DNA of 64,000 nt from assembly GCA_965202805.1 (NCBI GenBank), contig OZ241869.1, forward strand, positions 2,016,001 through 2,080,000. The letters are read 5' to 3'. This DNA is from Longimicrobiales bacterium. GTDB lineage: Bacteria > Gemmatimonadota > Gemmatimonadetes > Longimicrobiales > Gaopeijiaceae. Every line of letters starts with the position of its first letter. Positions within the stretch are counted from its first letter, which is position 1. Shown here in pieces: positions 35,946 through 46,093 of the stretch. The position numbers and the translations under genes are program-made. Below the pieces are notes generated by a model. That model was given only the letters and a program-made list of their open reading frames with translations. It did no database searches and was not told where the DNA came from.

Positions 35946-37142
35946 TCAGCCGGAGTTCCACCAGCGGGACGGCTTCAGGCGCTCGCCGCGTCCGCTGACG
36001 CGGTCCAGCCAGAGCGCGAGTCGCCTTAGGCGCGTGCCGGCCAGCCATCGCCACGCTCGACTCCACCGGTCGCGATAGTCGCGGTTGTACGGGCAGACGC
36101 GCACGCAGATCGAGCAGTCGGTGTTCTGGTTGGCCCAGAAGCGGAAGCACTTCTCGGCATCCGTTGTCCATTTGCGGATGCCCTGGATGTTCGACCGGTT
36201 GTGGACCACGGTGGACGGTTCGCCGTCGTCGATGGCTTTCGCGGGGCAGCCCTTTGTGCACGCGCGGCAGATGTCGCACGTCTCCTTCACGCCGAATCGC
36301 ACCGGGCGGTCGTGGGCGAGCGGCATGTCGGTGAAGACCTTGCCGAGCCGGACCCGGGGACCGTACTCGCGGGTGATGAGGAGGCCGTGGCGTCCGTACT
36401 CGCCCAGCCCGGCCTTGATGGCGAGCGGGATGGCCAGCGCCGAGTCGTTCATGCTGGCCACGGCCCGGTAGCCGAGATTGGTGATGTACTGCGCGATCGC
36501 CAGCAGCACGATGGTGTCCCGGGAGTAGGTGGCTCCCGTCGCGGTGCCGCTCAGCGCTGAGGGCGCCGTGCGCAGGAGCTCCCGGTCCATGGATTGCGCG
36601 ATCACGATCACGTTTTCGAACTCGGTGGAGATCTCCTGCGGCTTCTCGTGCTCGTTCTCGCGGCTGTAGGCGTGCGTGTAGAGCCAACGCTCGTCGTTGC
36701 CGGTGATCCCCACCAGATCGGCGCCCAGGGTCTTCGCGGCGTGCTTGATCTCGCGCGCCATCTCCTCGGGAGACGCCACCGGGGGCTGGCTGCCCGGGCC
36801 CTCGCGAACGACGGTGTACGGGTCCAGAAAACCCTCGCGGCGGTCGTCGCCCTCACGCAGTTCGGCGAAGATGTCCGTCACATGCCAGGACGCGTTGCGC
36901 AGCGCATAGTCGCGCTGGGTGAAGCCATCGACGGAACGCCAGGTCAGCTTCGGCGTCCGGTACGTCTCGTAGAACATGTCCGAGCGGTGCGTACGCACCT
37001 CCGGATCCCAGAACGAGCGGCAGAAGATGTCGTCCCTCTGCGAGAAGCGCTCGAAGTCCTCCCGGATGTCGAAGCCGGCCTCCTCGTCCGAGACGGCGAA
37101 TCCGGCATCGCGTGTGTGACCCGGGTTGGTTGAGTCGTCCAT
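35946..37142 (-). CDS. Reductive dehalogenase-like cobalamin/2x[4Fe-4S] protein, no Tat signal
   Basis: 'IK.AA..LGADLVGI', 'LGYRA', 'IPLAI.AGLGEYGR.GLLIT.EYGPRVRL..V.TDMPL', CxxCxxCxxxCP and CxxCxxxCP. Confidence 0.8.
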   Translation of the reverse strand: MDDSTNPGHTRDAGFAVSDEEAGFDIREDFERFSQRDDIFCRSFWDPEVRTHRSDMFYETYRTPKLTWRSVDGFTQRDYALRNASWHVTDIFAELREGDDRREGFLDPYTVVREGPGSQPPVASPEEMAREIKHAAKTLGADLVGITGNDERWLYTHAYSRENEHEKPQEISTEFENVIVIAQSMDRELLRTAPSALSGTATGATYSRDTIVLLAIAQYITNLGYRAVASMNDSALAIPLAIKAGLGEYGRHGLLITREYGPRVRLGKVFTDMPLAHDRPVRFGVKETCDICRACTKGCPAKAIDDGEPSTVVHNRSNIQGIRKWTTDAEKCFRFWANQNTDCSICVRVCPYNRDYRDRWSRAWRWLAGTRLRRLALWLDRVSGRGERLKPSRWWNSG

Positions 37143-37170
37143 CTCGTTCGGCGCTCCAGCCGGCGGCCGG

Positions 37171-38508
37171 CTAGCGGACAGCCTCCGGCAGCCGCTTCAC
37201 GATGATCGTGGGGACGTCGAATTCGTCCGTCTCGACGAACGCGACCATGCCACCGGGGCCGAACGCGGCGGGCATCGGCGTCTCCTCCAGCGAGAACGTG
37301 CCGACGTACTCGCCCTCCGCGGCGAGGACATCGATCCATCCGTCAGGCGTCTCGTCCCTCCCCGACCCTGCGCCGGCGAACTCGAGCTGCCCCAATGGAT
37401 CGCTCCCCCACCGTAGGACCCAGATCGTCCCCTCCCAGGTCGTACGAAGATCGCGCACCAGGGGCACCTCGGGCATGAAAGCCGCGTTCGCCACCATTTC
37501 GCGCATGCCGGCCACCAGGCCCTCCATCAAGGCTGCGAACTGCGCGTGGGCGGCCTCCGGAACGTCTTCGCCCACCTCCGAGGTGGTGAACTGCGCCTCG
37601 ACGGACGCCTCGTATTCCTCCACCACCCGCGCCCGTGCGCGCTCCCGCAGGCGTTCTGTAACGGCCTGCGGGTGAAGGGGCCGGCCGACAACCCGTGGCG
37701 GGGCACCCGTCGTCCGGATCTTCACGACATACGCGGAGGAATCGGAATATGCCACCCCGCCACCGGGGAGAACATCGAACACCAGACGGGGCTCGAAGTA
37801 GGCGAGTGCGCCGTCGAGCGCGGCGAACATGTCCGAGGGGTCCTCGACCTCGATCGTGACCTGCCGCCGGGGGCGCGGTTCCCAACCCTCCGCGAACGGT
37901 ACCGGGACGGCCTCTTCCCTCTCGTCGAGAGCCACGCGGTAGATCGTGCGGTCACCCGACGTGACGGATGCTTCCCCGCGGCTGAAGCTCGCGGCCGTGC
38001 CTCGAGTCAGGAACAGCGCGCCCCCGTCCCGCGCGGGGCGCACGATCTGAGCGGAGCCGGCCCGGCCGTCGCCCGTATCCGCGAAGCGGAGCGCGCGTTC
38101 GAACGAGCCGTCCGGGCCGAACAGGAGGTAGGCGCGGTGACCCTCGTCGACGATCACGGCCCCGCCCTCGGGCCGAGCCACCATCTGCCCCACCTGCCGA
38201 AGCTCACCCGGGCCGTCGCCCATGCGTCCGAACTCCGCCGCCAGGCCTCCGATCACGTCCACGACCACGATGCGGGTGGAGGACCCTGCCTCGTCGCGAA
38301 CGTAGAGGTGACCGCGCGCGTCGAAGCCCAGGTCCGCGATCTCCGTGAACGCATCCCACCCTTCCGCCGCGATCCCGCCGATCCGGTACACCTCCTCGAA
38401 GTCGGCCTCCAGCGGACGGTCCTCGCTCACCGGCGGAGCGGACTCTCCGCCGGTTTCGCCACCGCAAGCGCCCAGCAGCGCGGCGAATACCGCGTAACGT
38501 CTTTTCAT
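37171..38508 (-). CDS. 6-bladed beta-propeller lipoprotein
   Basis: Lipobox LLGAC; 'FGRMGDGPGEL' NHL-like motif; C-terminal 'DEFDVP'. Confidence 0.75.
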   Translation of the reverse strand: MKRRYAVFAALLGACGGETGGESAPPVSEDRPLEADFEEVYRIGGIAAEGWDAFTEIADLGFDARGHLYVRDEAGSSTRIVVVDVIGGLAAEFGRMGDGPGELRQVGQMVARPEGGAVIVDEGHRAYLLFGPDGSFERALRFADTGDGRAGSAQIVRPARDGGALFLTRGTAASFSRGEASVTSGDRTIYRVALDEREEAVPVPFAEGWEPRPRRQVTIEVEDPSDMFAALDGALAYFEPRLVFDVLPGGGVAYSDSSAYVVKIRTTGAPPRVVGRPLHPQAVTERLRERARARVVEEYEASVEAQFTTSEVGEDVPEAAHAQFAALMEGLVAGMREMVANAAFMPEVPLVRDLRTTWEGTIWVLRWGSDPLGQLEFAGAGSGRDETPDGWIDVLAAEGEYVGTFSLEETPMPAAFGPGGMVAFVETDEFDVPTIIVKRLPEAVR

Positions 38509-38634
38509 CAGACAACCTCCCAGGGTCGCCAAGATAGCCGCGATTCTCCCGACCGCACAAAGAGGGTCCTTGGAAATATGGGAGGACCGGCCTCCGCCGG
38601 GTCCGAACCATCCGCCGACCGCGTCTTGCAGCGC

Positions 38635-40356
38635 CTATGCAACCTCTACGCGTATCGTGATGATGTCGATATCGTGGTATTGCTTGTGGTGTATGGACGA
38701 GGCGTAGTGGCGCAGCAGCCGCAGCGGGATTTCGTCGGCTGCGGATACTGCCGACTCGTTCAGCATGGCGAGTTGGTCTTCGATGTTCGTCTCGTCCGTC
38801 GTCGCGATGAATTCCAGGTCGGCCTCGTCGCCGTCGACCCCCGCCAGCAGAAGCAGCCGCCTCTCGCCCTTCCCCCGCCGAACAAGGATCTGAATGGTCT
38901 CCTCACCCACGGCGCGGAGACGCGTCTCCGTCGCTTCATCCCAACCCTTCCTGCCAGCGAACTTGCGCAGGAAGGCATCGATCTCCGGCCACCTGTCGGC
39001 AGTCAACCGGGTCTTGAGACGCAACCGCCGTCCTCCCGCCAATCCCCCGAGGAGCGTGAGGAGGATTACAGCGAGCCCCCCGACCGTCATCCCGTTGCCG
39101 AGCAACTCCTCCCAGGGGCCCTGGATCGCCGCCGGGTAGATCCAGTCGAGCTGGAAGGCCACGCCGAGCCAGAATGCGACACCGACGATGAGACCCTTCC
39201 GGTAGTCGAGGCCCTCCCGCAGGAGGATCTTCATGCCGAACACGAAGATCAAGGCGACGATGACCACCATGTATGCGGCCACCACCGGACCCGGTATCGC
39301 GATCAGAAGAGCAACGAACTTGGGCAGAAACGCAAAGGCGACCAACACGACACCTATGGCCACCCCGACCCGGCGTGAAGCGATTCCGGTAAGTTCGGCA
39401 ACGGCGACGCCCGAGCCATAAGTAGTGTTCGGTACGGTCCCGGCGAGACCCGAGAGCAGGTTCCCGAGTCCGTCCGCTGCGATCGCCCCCTGGATGGACC
39501 GGAAACTGATTGCCCTGGGTCTCCGCCATGACACTCGCTGAATCGAGATGCTGTCCCCGAGCGTGTCCATGGCGCTCGCCAGCGTGACCATCACGAAAGA
39601 CGGCAGAAGCGCCCAGAACTCGGGCCGAAAACTCAGGTCGATCCCTGGATAGGCCACCTCCGGCAACCCGATCCACGGAGCCTCGGCCGCCGCTGTCAGA
39701 TCGTAGATCCCGAATCCGAGGCCCGCCGTAAGGCATCCGGCAACGAGCCCCAGCGCCGGAGCCCAGATCCGTAGCGTGCCGGAGAAGTTGAGCGGAATGA
39801 GCAGGATGACCAGCAGCGTCACGCCCGCCGTGACCGGAGCCGCTGCCGGCGCCACATCAGGAGGTACGTCAGCCAGCTTGTTGAGAATCACGGGCGCGAG
39901 GGTCAGGGGAATCAGCATCAGCACGGTGCCGGCCACGGTCGGCGTGAAGACCCTGCGCAACAGCGCCATCCTGGACGCAAGGCCGAACTGGACCGCCGAG
40001 GACGCGATGATGAGAGCAGCGAGCATTCCCGGTCCGCCTTGTTCGAGGGCGGACACGCACACGGCGAGGAAGGCGCTCGTGCTTCCCATGATGAGGATGT
40101 ATCCGGCCCCGATGGGTCCCACCGTGCGTGCCTGGACGGCCGTGGTGATTCCGCAGATCACGATCGCCGAGAAGACCGCCCAGTAGAGGTACGGCTCGCT
40201 CCCGCCCGACACCGTGATCATTACCGTGGGTGTCATCACGATGCTGGCGATGCAGAGGCAGGCGAATTGCATCCCCAGCCCGGCGCTGAGCAATGGCGAA
40301 GGCCGCTCGTCGGGCTCGTAACGCACCTCGCGACTTGCCTTCGACGTGTTCGGCAT
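38635..40356 (-). CDS. NCS2 (xanthine/uracil-type) permease with soluble C-terminal extension
   Basis: 'Y.PDERP', 'FTPTVAGTVLMLI', 'ADGLGN', 'PNTTY', 'TG..SR', 'F.PK..A....IP.PV'. Confidence 0.85.
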   Translation of the reverse strand: MPNTSKASREVRYEPDERPSPLLSAGLGMQFACLCIASIVMTPTVMITVSGGSEPYLYWAVFSAIVICGITTAVQARTVGPIGAGYILIMGSTSAFLAVCVSALEQGGPGMLAALIIASSAVQFGLASRMALLRRVFTPTVAGTVLMLIPLTLAPVILNKLADVPPDVAPAAAPVTAGVTLLVILLIPLNFSGTLRIWAPALGLVAGCLTAGLGFGIYDLTAAAEAPWIGLPEVAYPGIDLSFRPEFWALLPSFVMVTLASAMDTLGDSISIQRVSWRRPRAISFRSIQGAIAADGLGNLLSGLAGTVPNTTYGSGVAVAELTGIASRRVGVAIGVVLVAFAFLPKFVALLIAIPGPVVAAYMVVIVALIFVFGMKILLREGLDYRKGLIVGVAFWLGVAFQLDWIYPAAIQGPWEELLGNGMTVGGLAVILLTLLGGLAGGRRLRLKTRLTADRWPEIDAFLRKFAGRKGWDEATETRLRAVGEETIQILVRRGKGERRLLLLAGVDGDEADLEFIATTDETNIEDQLAMLNESAVSAADEIPLRLLRHYASSIHHKQYHDIDIITIRVEVA

Positions 40357-40509
40357 CAGCGGCAAGAGTCCCGTGAGGGTTTCGTGTGTTGAAGTGGTGG
40401 GGCACAATGTTAACGGTCACGCCCGTCGGGCAACTCGGCTCACGGCCGTCCCATACGCCCCGCGCACCGCCGCCAGTCCAGCCCCGGCCCCCGGATTCCC
40501 GGTCCCGAC

Positions 40510-41880
40510 ATGTTCCTCGACTTCGCCCTGATCTCCGGCCTGTTGGTCGTCGCGCATCTGCTGCGCACGTGGGTCCGGTTTTTCCAGACCATTTTCCTGC
40601 CCACGCCGATCCTGGCCGGGCTGATCGGGCTGGGCGTCGGACCCGAAGGGCTGGACCTGCTCCCGTTCGCGCGCGATGCGGGCGGCGCGCCGGTCATGAC
40701 CCGGTATCCAGGCGAGCTGGTCGTGCTTCTGTTCGCCACCCTCTTCATGGGCTGGCGCACGAGCCGGCCCCGATTCAGGGAGATGATCCGCGACGCCGGG
40801 GACACCTTCTTCTACAATCTGTCGGCGTGGATCGGCCAGTTCGGGCTGGCGCTGCTGTTCGCGGGCGCCGTCCTCATTCCGCTCTTTCGCGAGGTCGGCG
40901 GACCCTTCGCCGTGATGCTCCCGGCCGGCTTCGTCGGGGGTCACGGCACGGCAGCCGCCGTCGGATCCATCCTCGCCGACCAGGGCCACGATCATGCCCT
41001 GCCGGTCGGATACACCTTCGCCACCATCGGACTCCTGGCGGCCGTGCTGGGCGGGGTTGCGGCGATCAACCTCGCGACGCGTTCGGGCTGGACCCGTCTC
41101 GTTTCGACCCCGCGCGAGCTTCCGGCGGACCAGCGGCGGGGGCTGATCGATCCCGACGACGCCCGCCACGTGGGGAAGGAAACCGTCAGCCCGCTGGCAC
41201 TCGACACTCTGTCCTGGCACGTCGCGCTCGTCCTGCTCGCCTATGGGGCCGCCCACGCAGTGGCCTGGGCCCTGCGCTCGGCGGGCGGCACCCTCACCGC
41301 CGTTCCCATGTTCGGGCTCGCGGTGATCTGCGGCGCCCTCATCCAGGCACTGCTGGACGCGCTGGGCGTCGGCCGGCACGTCGATCGACCGACGATGGGG
41401 CGCATCGGATCTTCGATCTCGGACTACCTGGTAGCGTTCGGGGTGGCGTCGATCCCCCTCACGATCGTGGCGGAGTACGCGGCGCCCATCCTCGTGATGT
41501 CGGTGTTCGGCTTCGCCCACGCGATCGTCCTGACCCTGTGGATCGCCCGCCGCACCTTTCACAACTACTGGTTCGAGCGAGGGCTGTTCACCTTCGGCTG
41601 GTCCACCGGGGTCGTGGCCATGGGGATCGCCCTTCTGCGCGTGGTGGACCCCAAACGGAAGTCGAGCACGCTCGACGACTACGGCCTGGCGTACCTTCCC
41701 ATCGCCGTGGTCGAGATCGCCGTACTGTCCACGCTGCCGCTGTGGATCGCCCAGGGCGCCGTGTGGCTCCCGGGACTCGTGCTGACCGCCGCGGCCGCGG
41801 GCCTGCTGCTGGTCTCGTGGCGCACGATCGGCTTCTTCCCATCCGATCCCGTGGCCCGGCGGACCGGAGAACCCGGATGA
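40510..41880 (+). CDS. Sodium/glutamate symporter family (GltS)
   Basis: 'FLPTPILAG', 'GFVGGHGTAAA', 'AT.GL', 'FGWSTG', 'LLRVVDP'. Confidence 0.85.
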   Translation: MFLDFALISGLLVVAHLLRTWVRFFQTIFLPTPILAGLIGLGVGPEGLDLLPFARDAGGAPVMTRYPGELVVLLFATLFMGWRTSRPRFREMIRDAGDTFFYNLSAWIGQFGLALLFAGAVLIPLFREVGGPFAVMLPAGFVGGHGTAAAVGSILADQGHDHALPVGYTFATIGLLAAVLGGVAAINLATRSGWTRLVSTPRELPADQRRGLIDPDDARHVGKETVSPLALDTLSWHVALVLLAYGAAHAVAWALRSAGGTLTAVPMFGLAVICGALIQALLDALGVGRHVDRPTMGRIGSSISDYLVAFGVASIPLTIVAEYAAPILVMSVFGFAHAIVLTLWIARRTFHNYWFERGLFTFGWSTGVVAMGIALLRVVDPKRKSSTLDDYGLAYLPIAVVEIAVLSTLPLWIAQGAVWLPGLVLTAAAAGLLLVSWRTIGFFPSDPVARRTGEPG

Positions 41881-41890
41881 CGGCGACCCG

Positions 41891-43210
41891 TCAGCTCCAG
41901 GGAAAGGGCGAGTTGCTGACCGGGTGGAGCCGGCCTTCGGCATACCGGCTGTAGCGGAAGGGTTCGAGCAGCGCCTGGCGCTCTCCCGTCAGCTCCCTGG
42001 CCACGAGGGCCCCCACGCCGATCATCTTGTAGCCGTGGTTGGAGTCGGCGATGAAGTAGACGTTGTCGGCGAAGGTGTCGAACACGGGGAAGCTGTCGGG
42101 CGTAAAGCTGCCGATGCCGCCCGAGGGTTCCCGGCTCATCAGGTGGGCCTTGCCCTCGAAACGCTTCTGGCAGAAGGCGAGGGCCGCGGTCCATCGGCGG
42201 TAGAAGTCCTCTCCGACCACGAAGTCCGGGGACTTCGGCCCGTAGGGATCGACCGCCACCTCGCACGCGGGCTTGTCGATCCGGTCGGGCATGTAGCCGC
42301 CCTGCACCCCGCCGAAGCTGAAGTCCGGCTTGTAGTAGAGGCCCCAGGGACCCTCGGTCACCAGCCCGCGCTCGTCGGACAGCGGCTGGTCGGTGTCGAC
42401 GTGCACGACCGGCGGCATGTTGCCCCGGTTGTCGACCAGGTACCCGGGATCCACGCGCAGCGTCCCCTCCTGAAGGGCCCAGTACGTCCAGGTCGGCATG
42501 TCGTGCATCTCGCCCCCGGGACCGCGGACCGGAGTTACCGCAGGGAGGTCGAGCATGGCCCACTGCTGCCGCACCCAGGGGCCGGTGGCCACCACCACCT
42601 GCTCGCAGGCGATGGATCCCCGATCGGTGAGCACCGCCGTGACCGCGCCCGAGGCGTCGCGCTTGAAGCCCCTGTTGGCGAGCCCGGCCACGAGTTGGAC
42701 GCCCTCGGCTTCCGCCCTCGCCCGCAACCCCTCGAGCGAGGCCATGTTGTTGGCGTAGCCGCCCCGGTGCTCGTGCAGCACGCTCGTGATGCCCCGGGCC
42801 TGCCAGTCGTCGAAGATGCCGCGCATGTAGCTCCGGGATGCCGCGCTTCCCCCGACGAACGTCGAGCTGTAGCCGATGGCCCGCTGCTGCTCGTGGATCG
42901 AGGTCACGTCCTCGCGCATGGCTTCGTGGCTGATCTGGAGATACCCCACGGGGTGGTAGGAAAACCCGGCCGGGTCGCTTTCCCAGACGCTCACCGAGTG
43001 GGCCATCAGCTCGCGCATGGCCGGCTGGAAGTAGTTGTTGCGGATGACCCCGCAGGCGATCCCCGAGGCACCCGCGCCGACGTCCGCCTTGTCGATGATC
43101 AGGATGTCGCGCCCGTCCCCGCGCCCGGATGCCCTGAGCTCCAGGGCGAGGTGCCACGCCGTGGAAAGGCCGTGGATGCCGGCGCCGATGATGACGTAGC
43201 GCGCGTGCAT
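41891..43210 (-). CDS. FAD-dependent oxidoreductase (sarcosine oxidase beta/N-methylglutamate dehydrogenase A-like)
   Basis: GAGIHG FAD motif, 'GASGIACGVIRNNY', 'TPD..P', 'DSNHGYK'. Confidence 0.8.
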   Translation of the reverse strand: MHARYVIIGAGIHGLSTAWHLALELRASGRGDGRDILIIDKADVGAGASGIACGVIRNNYFQPAMRELMAHSVSVWESDPAGFSYHPVGYLQISHEAMREDVTSIHEQQRAIGYSSTFVGGSAASRSYMRGIFDDWQARGITSVLHEHRGGYANNMASLEGLRARAEAEGVQLVAGLANRGFKRDASGAVTAVLTDRGSIACEQVVVATGPWVRQQWAMLDLPAVTPVRGPGGEMHDMPTWTYWALQEGTLRVDPGYLVDNRGNMPPVVHVDTDQPLSDERGLVTEGPWGLYYKPDFSFGGVQGGYMPDRIDKPACEVAVDPYGPKSPDFVVGEDFYRRWTAALAFCQKRFEGKAHLMSREPSGGIGSFTPDSFPVFDTFADNVYFIADSNHGYKMIGVGALVARELTGERQALLEPFRYSRYAEGRLHPVSNSPFPWS

Positions 43211-43217
43211 CGTCCCG

Positions 43218-44756
43218 TTACCAGAACACGACGTAGAGCCCCACCGTCAGGAGCACCACGACCGCGCCCGCCCACCTCGCCGACGGCGCAGGCGCGAGGT
43301 CGAGGGCATCGGACTGCGGCAGCGGCCGGGCCTCCTCCAGCGGGCGCACGCGCGACCCGACGACCATGGCCACGCTCGATAGCACGAACGCTCCGGCTGC
43401 GGCGTTCAGGTACGCCTGCGAGTCGAAGAATGCATCGAGGGCCAGCGTCAGCAGCCCGTACGCCACCGGCCCGATCAGGAGCGCCACGGTCGCCGCCCGC
43501 GGGGGGGCCCTGGGCAGGATCATCCCCATGAGAAAGACGGCGAGGATGCCCGGCCAGATGAAGTTCCAGACGCGCTGCATGTACTCGTAGATCCCCCCGA
43601 CGGACGCGAGCTGTGGCGCCAGCAGGCAGCCGATCACGACGAAGACGCCGGTCGCGATCCTGCCGATGCGGATCGCCCTGCGGGGCTCGAGTTCCTCCTT
43701 CACGACGTGGCGCGAGTAGATGTCCAGCGTGAAGATCGTGGACGCCGAGTTGAGCATGGAGTCGAGCGAGCTCATCACCGCCCCGAAGAGTGCCGCAAAC
43801 ATGACGCCGCGGAGGCCCGTGGGCAGCAGATCGGCCATGAGCGTGGGATAGGCCTGATCTCCGATCGCGATCCGGTCCGCGTAGAGTTGATAGGCCGCGA
43901 TCCCCGGCATCACGATCAGGAACGGGATCAACAGCTTGAGGAACGCCGCCAGGATCACGCCCTTCTGGCCCTCGGCCAGGCTCCTGGCGGCCAGCGCCCG
44001 CTGGGAGATGAACTGGTTCAGTCCCCAGTACGCGATGTTCGGGACCCAGATGCCCATGAGGTAGATCGTCCACGGGAGCGTGGGATGATCGGCCGGCAGC
44101 ATCAGGTGGAGCCTGTCCTCGTTGGCGGACAGGAACGCGCCGAATCCGCCCACGGCCTCCATGGCCAGGAAGAACAGCACCGCACCGCCCCCGAGCAGCG
44201 CGATACCCTGCAGCATGTCGGACCAGACCACCGCCTTGAGCCCGCCGTAGATCGTGTAGCCGCCCGCGAGCAGGCCGATGGCCCAGACCCCCGCCGTCAT
44301 GTCGAGCCCGAAGATGCTCGTCAGCGCCAGGCTTCCCGCGTAGAGGATGCCGGCCAGGCCGACCACGACGTAGACGGTCATCAGATACGCGGCCATGATG
44401 ACGCGCGGCGTCGGTCCGAATCGGAATTCGAGGTACTCGGGCAGCGTGTAGATGCCCGCCTGCAGGAACCTGGGCAGGAGCACGAGCGCCACGAAGACGA
44501 GCGCGATGGCCGCGATCCACTCGAAGGCGGCGATGGCCAGTCCGGTCTGAAACCCCTCGCCGGACATGCCGATGAAGTGTTCGGAGGAGATGTTGGAGGC
44601 GATCAGCGATATGCCGATGAGCCACCAGGGCAGGTTGCGGCCGGCCAGGAAGTAGTCGGCGGTGGTGTCCTCCCTGCGGCCCGCGTACAGGGACACGCCC
44701 ACCACGACGCCGAGGAAGACGAGGAACGCGGCGAGATCGATCCGGTCTAGCGCCAT
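43218..44756 (-). CDS. Sodium:solute symporter (SSS)
   Basis: 'DYFLAGRNLPWW..G.S..ASNISSEH', 'YGGLKAV', 'NQ..QR.LAA'. Confidence 0.92.
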   Translation of the reverse strand: MALDRIDLAAFLVFLGVVVGVSLYAGRREDTTADYFLAGRNLPWWLIGISLIASNISSEHFIGMSGEGFQTGLAIAAFEWIAAIALVFVALVLLPRFLQAGIYTLPEYLEFRFGPTPRVIMAAYLMTVYVVVGLAGILYAGSLALTSIFGLDMTAGVWAIGLLAGGYTIYGGLKAVVWSDMLQGIALLGGGAVLFFLAMEAVGGFGAFLSANEDRLHLMLPADHPTLPWTIYLMGIWVPNIAYWGLNQFISQRALAARSLAEGQKGVILAAFLKLLIPFLIVMPGIAAYQLYADRIAIGDQAYPTLMADLLPTGLRGVMFAALFGAVMSSLDSMLNSASTIFTLDIYSRHVVKEELEPRRAIRIGRIATGVFVVIGCLLAPQLASVGGIYEYMQRVWNFIWPGILAVFLMGMILPRAPPRAATVALLIGPVAYGLLTLALDAFFDSQAYLNAAAGAFVLSSVAMVVGSRVRPLEEARPLPQSDALDLAPAPSARWAGAVVVLLTVGLYVVFW

Positions 44757-44815
44757 CCTTCAACGTACGTGAGTTGCTTACCGGCTGTCACCGGCGAACG
44801 GTGGGATAGGCATCC

Positions 44816-45166
44816 CTACCTGGGATCCAGGAGCTGGTCGCAGTGCATCCAGAGGACTCGCGAGTAGCGGAACAACAGCGGAACCAGCAGAGGAAGCATC
44901 ACCGCCATCGTCAGGATGGACTGATTCGCCGAGAAGCCCGCGAACGCCATCAGGACCACACCGAGCGGCGCGCACAGGGCCAGGCCCAACCCGTAGCTGA
45001 AGTACATGGCCCCGGTGAAGTAACCCGGCTCTCTCTCGTAGTGCAGCCCGCAGGAGGGGCAAAGGGGGTGCATCCTCCAGAGGCTCTCGAAGACCGCGCC
45101 GTCCAGACAGCGCGGGCACCGGAGTCGGACGATGGCCCGGAGGCGTCTCGGCAGCCCCTCTCTCAT
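44816..45166 (-). CDS. DUF983-like Zn-ribbon membrane protein
   Basis: 'CPRC..G', 'CPSCG..Y.REPG.F.GAMY..Y', two TMs. Confidence 0.7.
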   Translation of the reverse strand: MREGLPRRLRAIVRLRCPRCLDGAVFESLWRMHPLCPSCGLHYEREPGYFTGAMYFSYGLGLALCAPLGVVLMAFAGFSANQSILTMAVMLPLLVPLLFRYSRVLWMHCDQLLDPR

Positions 45167-45213
45167 CGACGCGGCGCGCGACCGTTCGGGAGCCGGCCCG
45201 CGGCCGCGGGGCA

Positions 45214-46008
45214 TCAGGACCGACCCGAAGGCGGCGTGTACCTTCCGTCTATGGCGGTCCAGCCGCCGTCCGCGAAAAGGACCGACCCGGTGACGTAGCT
45301 GGCCGCGTCCGAGGCGAGGAAAACGGTCGGGCCGGCCATCTCGCGGGCGCTCGCCCAGCGGTTGAGGATGTTGCGCGCGGCATAGGCGCCGTACCAGTCC
45401 GGGCTGTCCTTGATCGGGCTCGTGAGCGGCGTGTCGATCACGCCGGGCGCGACCGCATTGACCCTCACCCCGCGGGGCCCGAGTTCGGCCGCGGCGACGC
45501 GCACCATCTGCACGATCCCCGCCTTGGTGGCGGCGTACATGCTCTGGCCCGGCTCGACCACCACGGACCGGATCGAGCTGAAGAGGATGATGGACCCCGA
45601 GCCCTGCGCGCTCATGATCCGTCCCGCGGACTGGATGACGTGCGCGCCACCCTTGAGGTTGAGTCCCAGAACGCGGTCGATCTCCTCGTCGGTGTAGTCG
45701 AGGAGGGGCTTGCGCACGTTCACTCCGGGGGTGCAGACGACGACGTCGAGTGAGCCGCGGGCGGTCGTGATGTCCTCGAACGCGCGCGTGACCGCCGGGC
45801 CGTCCATGATGTCCAGGGGGGCGGAGGCGGCCTCGCCCCCGGCGGCGCGGATGGTCGCCGCGGTGCGGGCGGCGGCGGCCGCGTCGATGTCGAGGCAGGA
45901 CACGTGCGCGCCCGCCTCCGCGCATCCGACCGCGACGGCCTCGCCGATGCCGGAGCCGCCTCCGACGACCGCGGCGGCACGTCCCTCCAGGCTGAACATC
46001 GTGGTCAC
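45214..46008 (-). CDS. SDR-family oxidoreductase
   Basis: GGGSGIG, YAATK, 'RVNAVAPG', 'ADGGW'. Confidence 0.92.
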   Translation of the reverse strand: MTTMFSLEGRAAAVVGGGSGIGEAVAVGCAEAGAHVSCLDIDAAAAARTAATIRAAGGEAASAPLDIMDGPAVTRAFEDITTARGSLDVVVCTPGVNVRKPLLDYTDEEIDRVLGLNLKGGAHVIQSAGRIMSAQGSGSIILFSSIRSVVVEPGQSMYAATKAGIVQMVRVAAAELGPRGVRVNAVAPGVIDTPLTSPIKDSPDWYGAYAARNILNRWASAREMAGPTVFLASDAASYVTGSVLFADGGWTAIDGRYTPPSGRS

Positions 46009-46093
46009 GGGAAGCCTCCGGCGGGGTTTCGTGTGGTGAAGGGGCGGCGCACAATGTAAGGATCACGCGCGCGGGGCAACCCGGCTCACGGGC

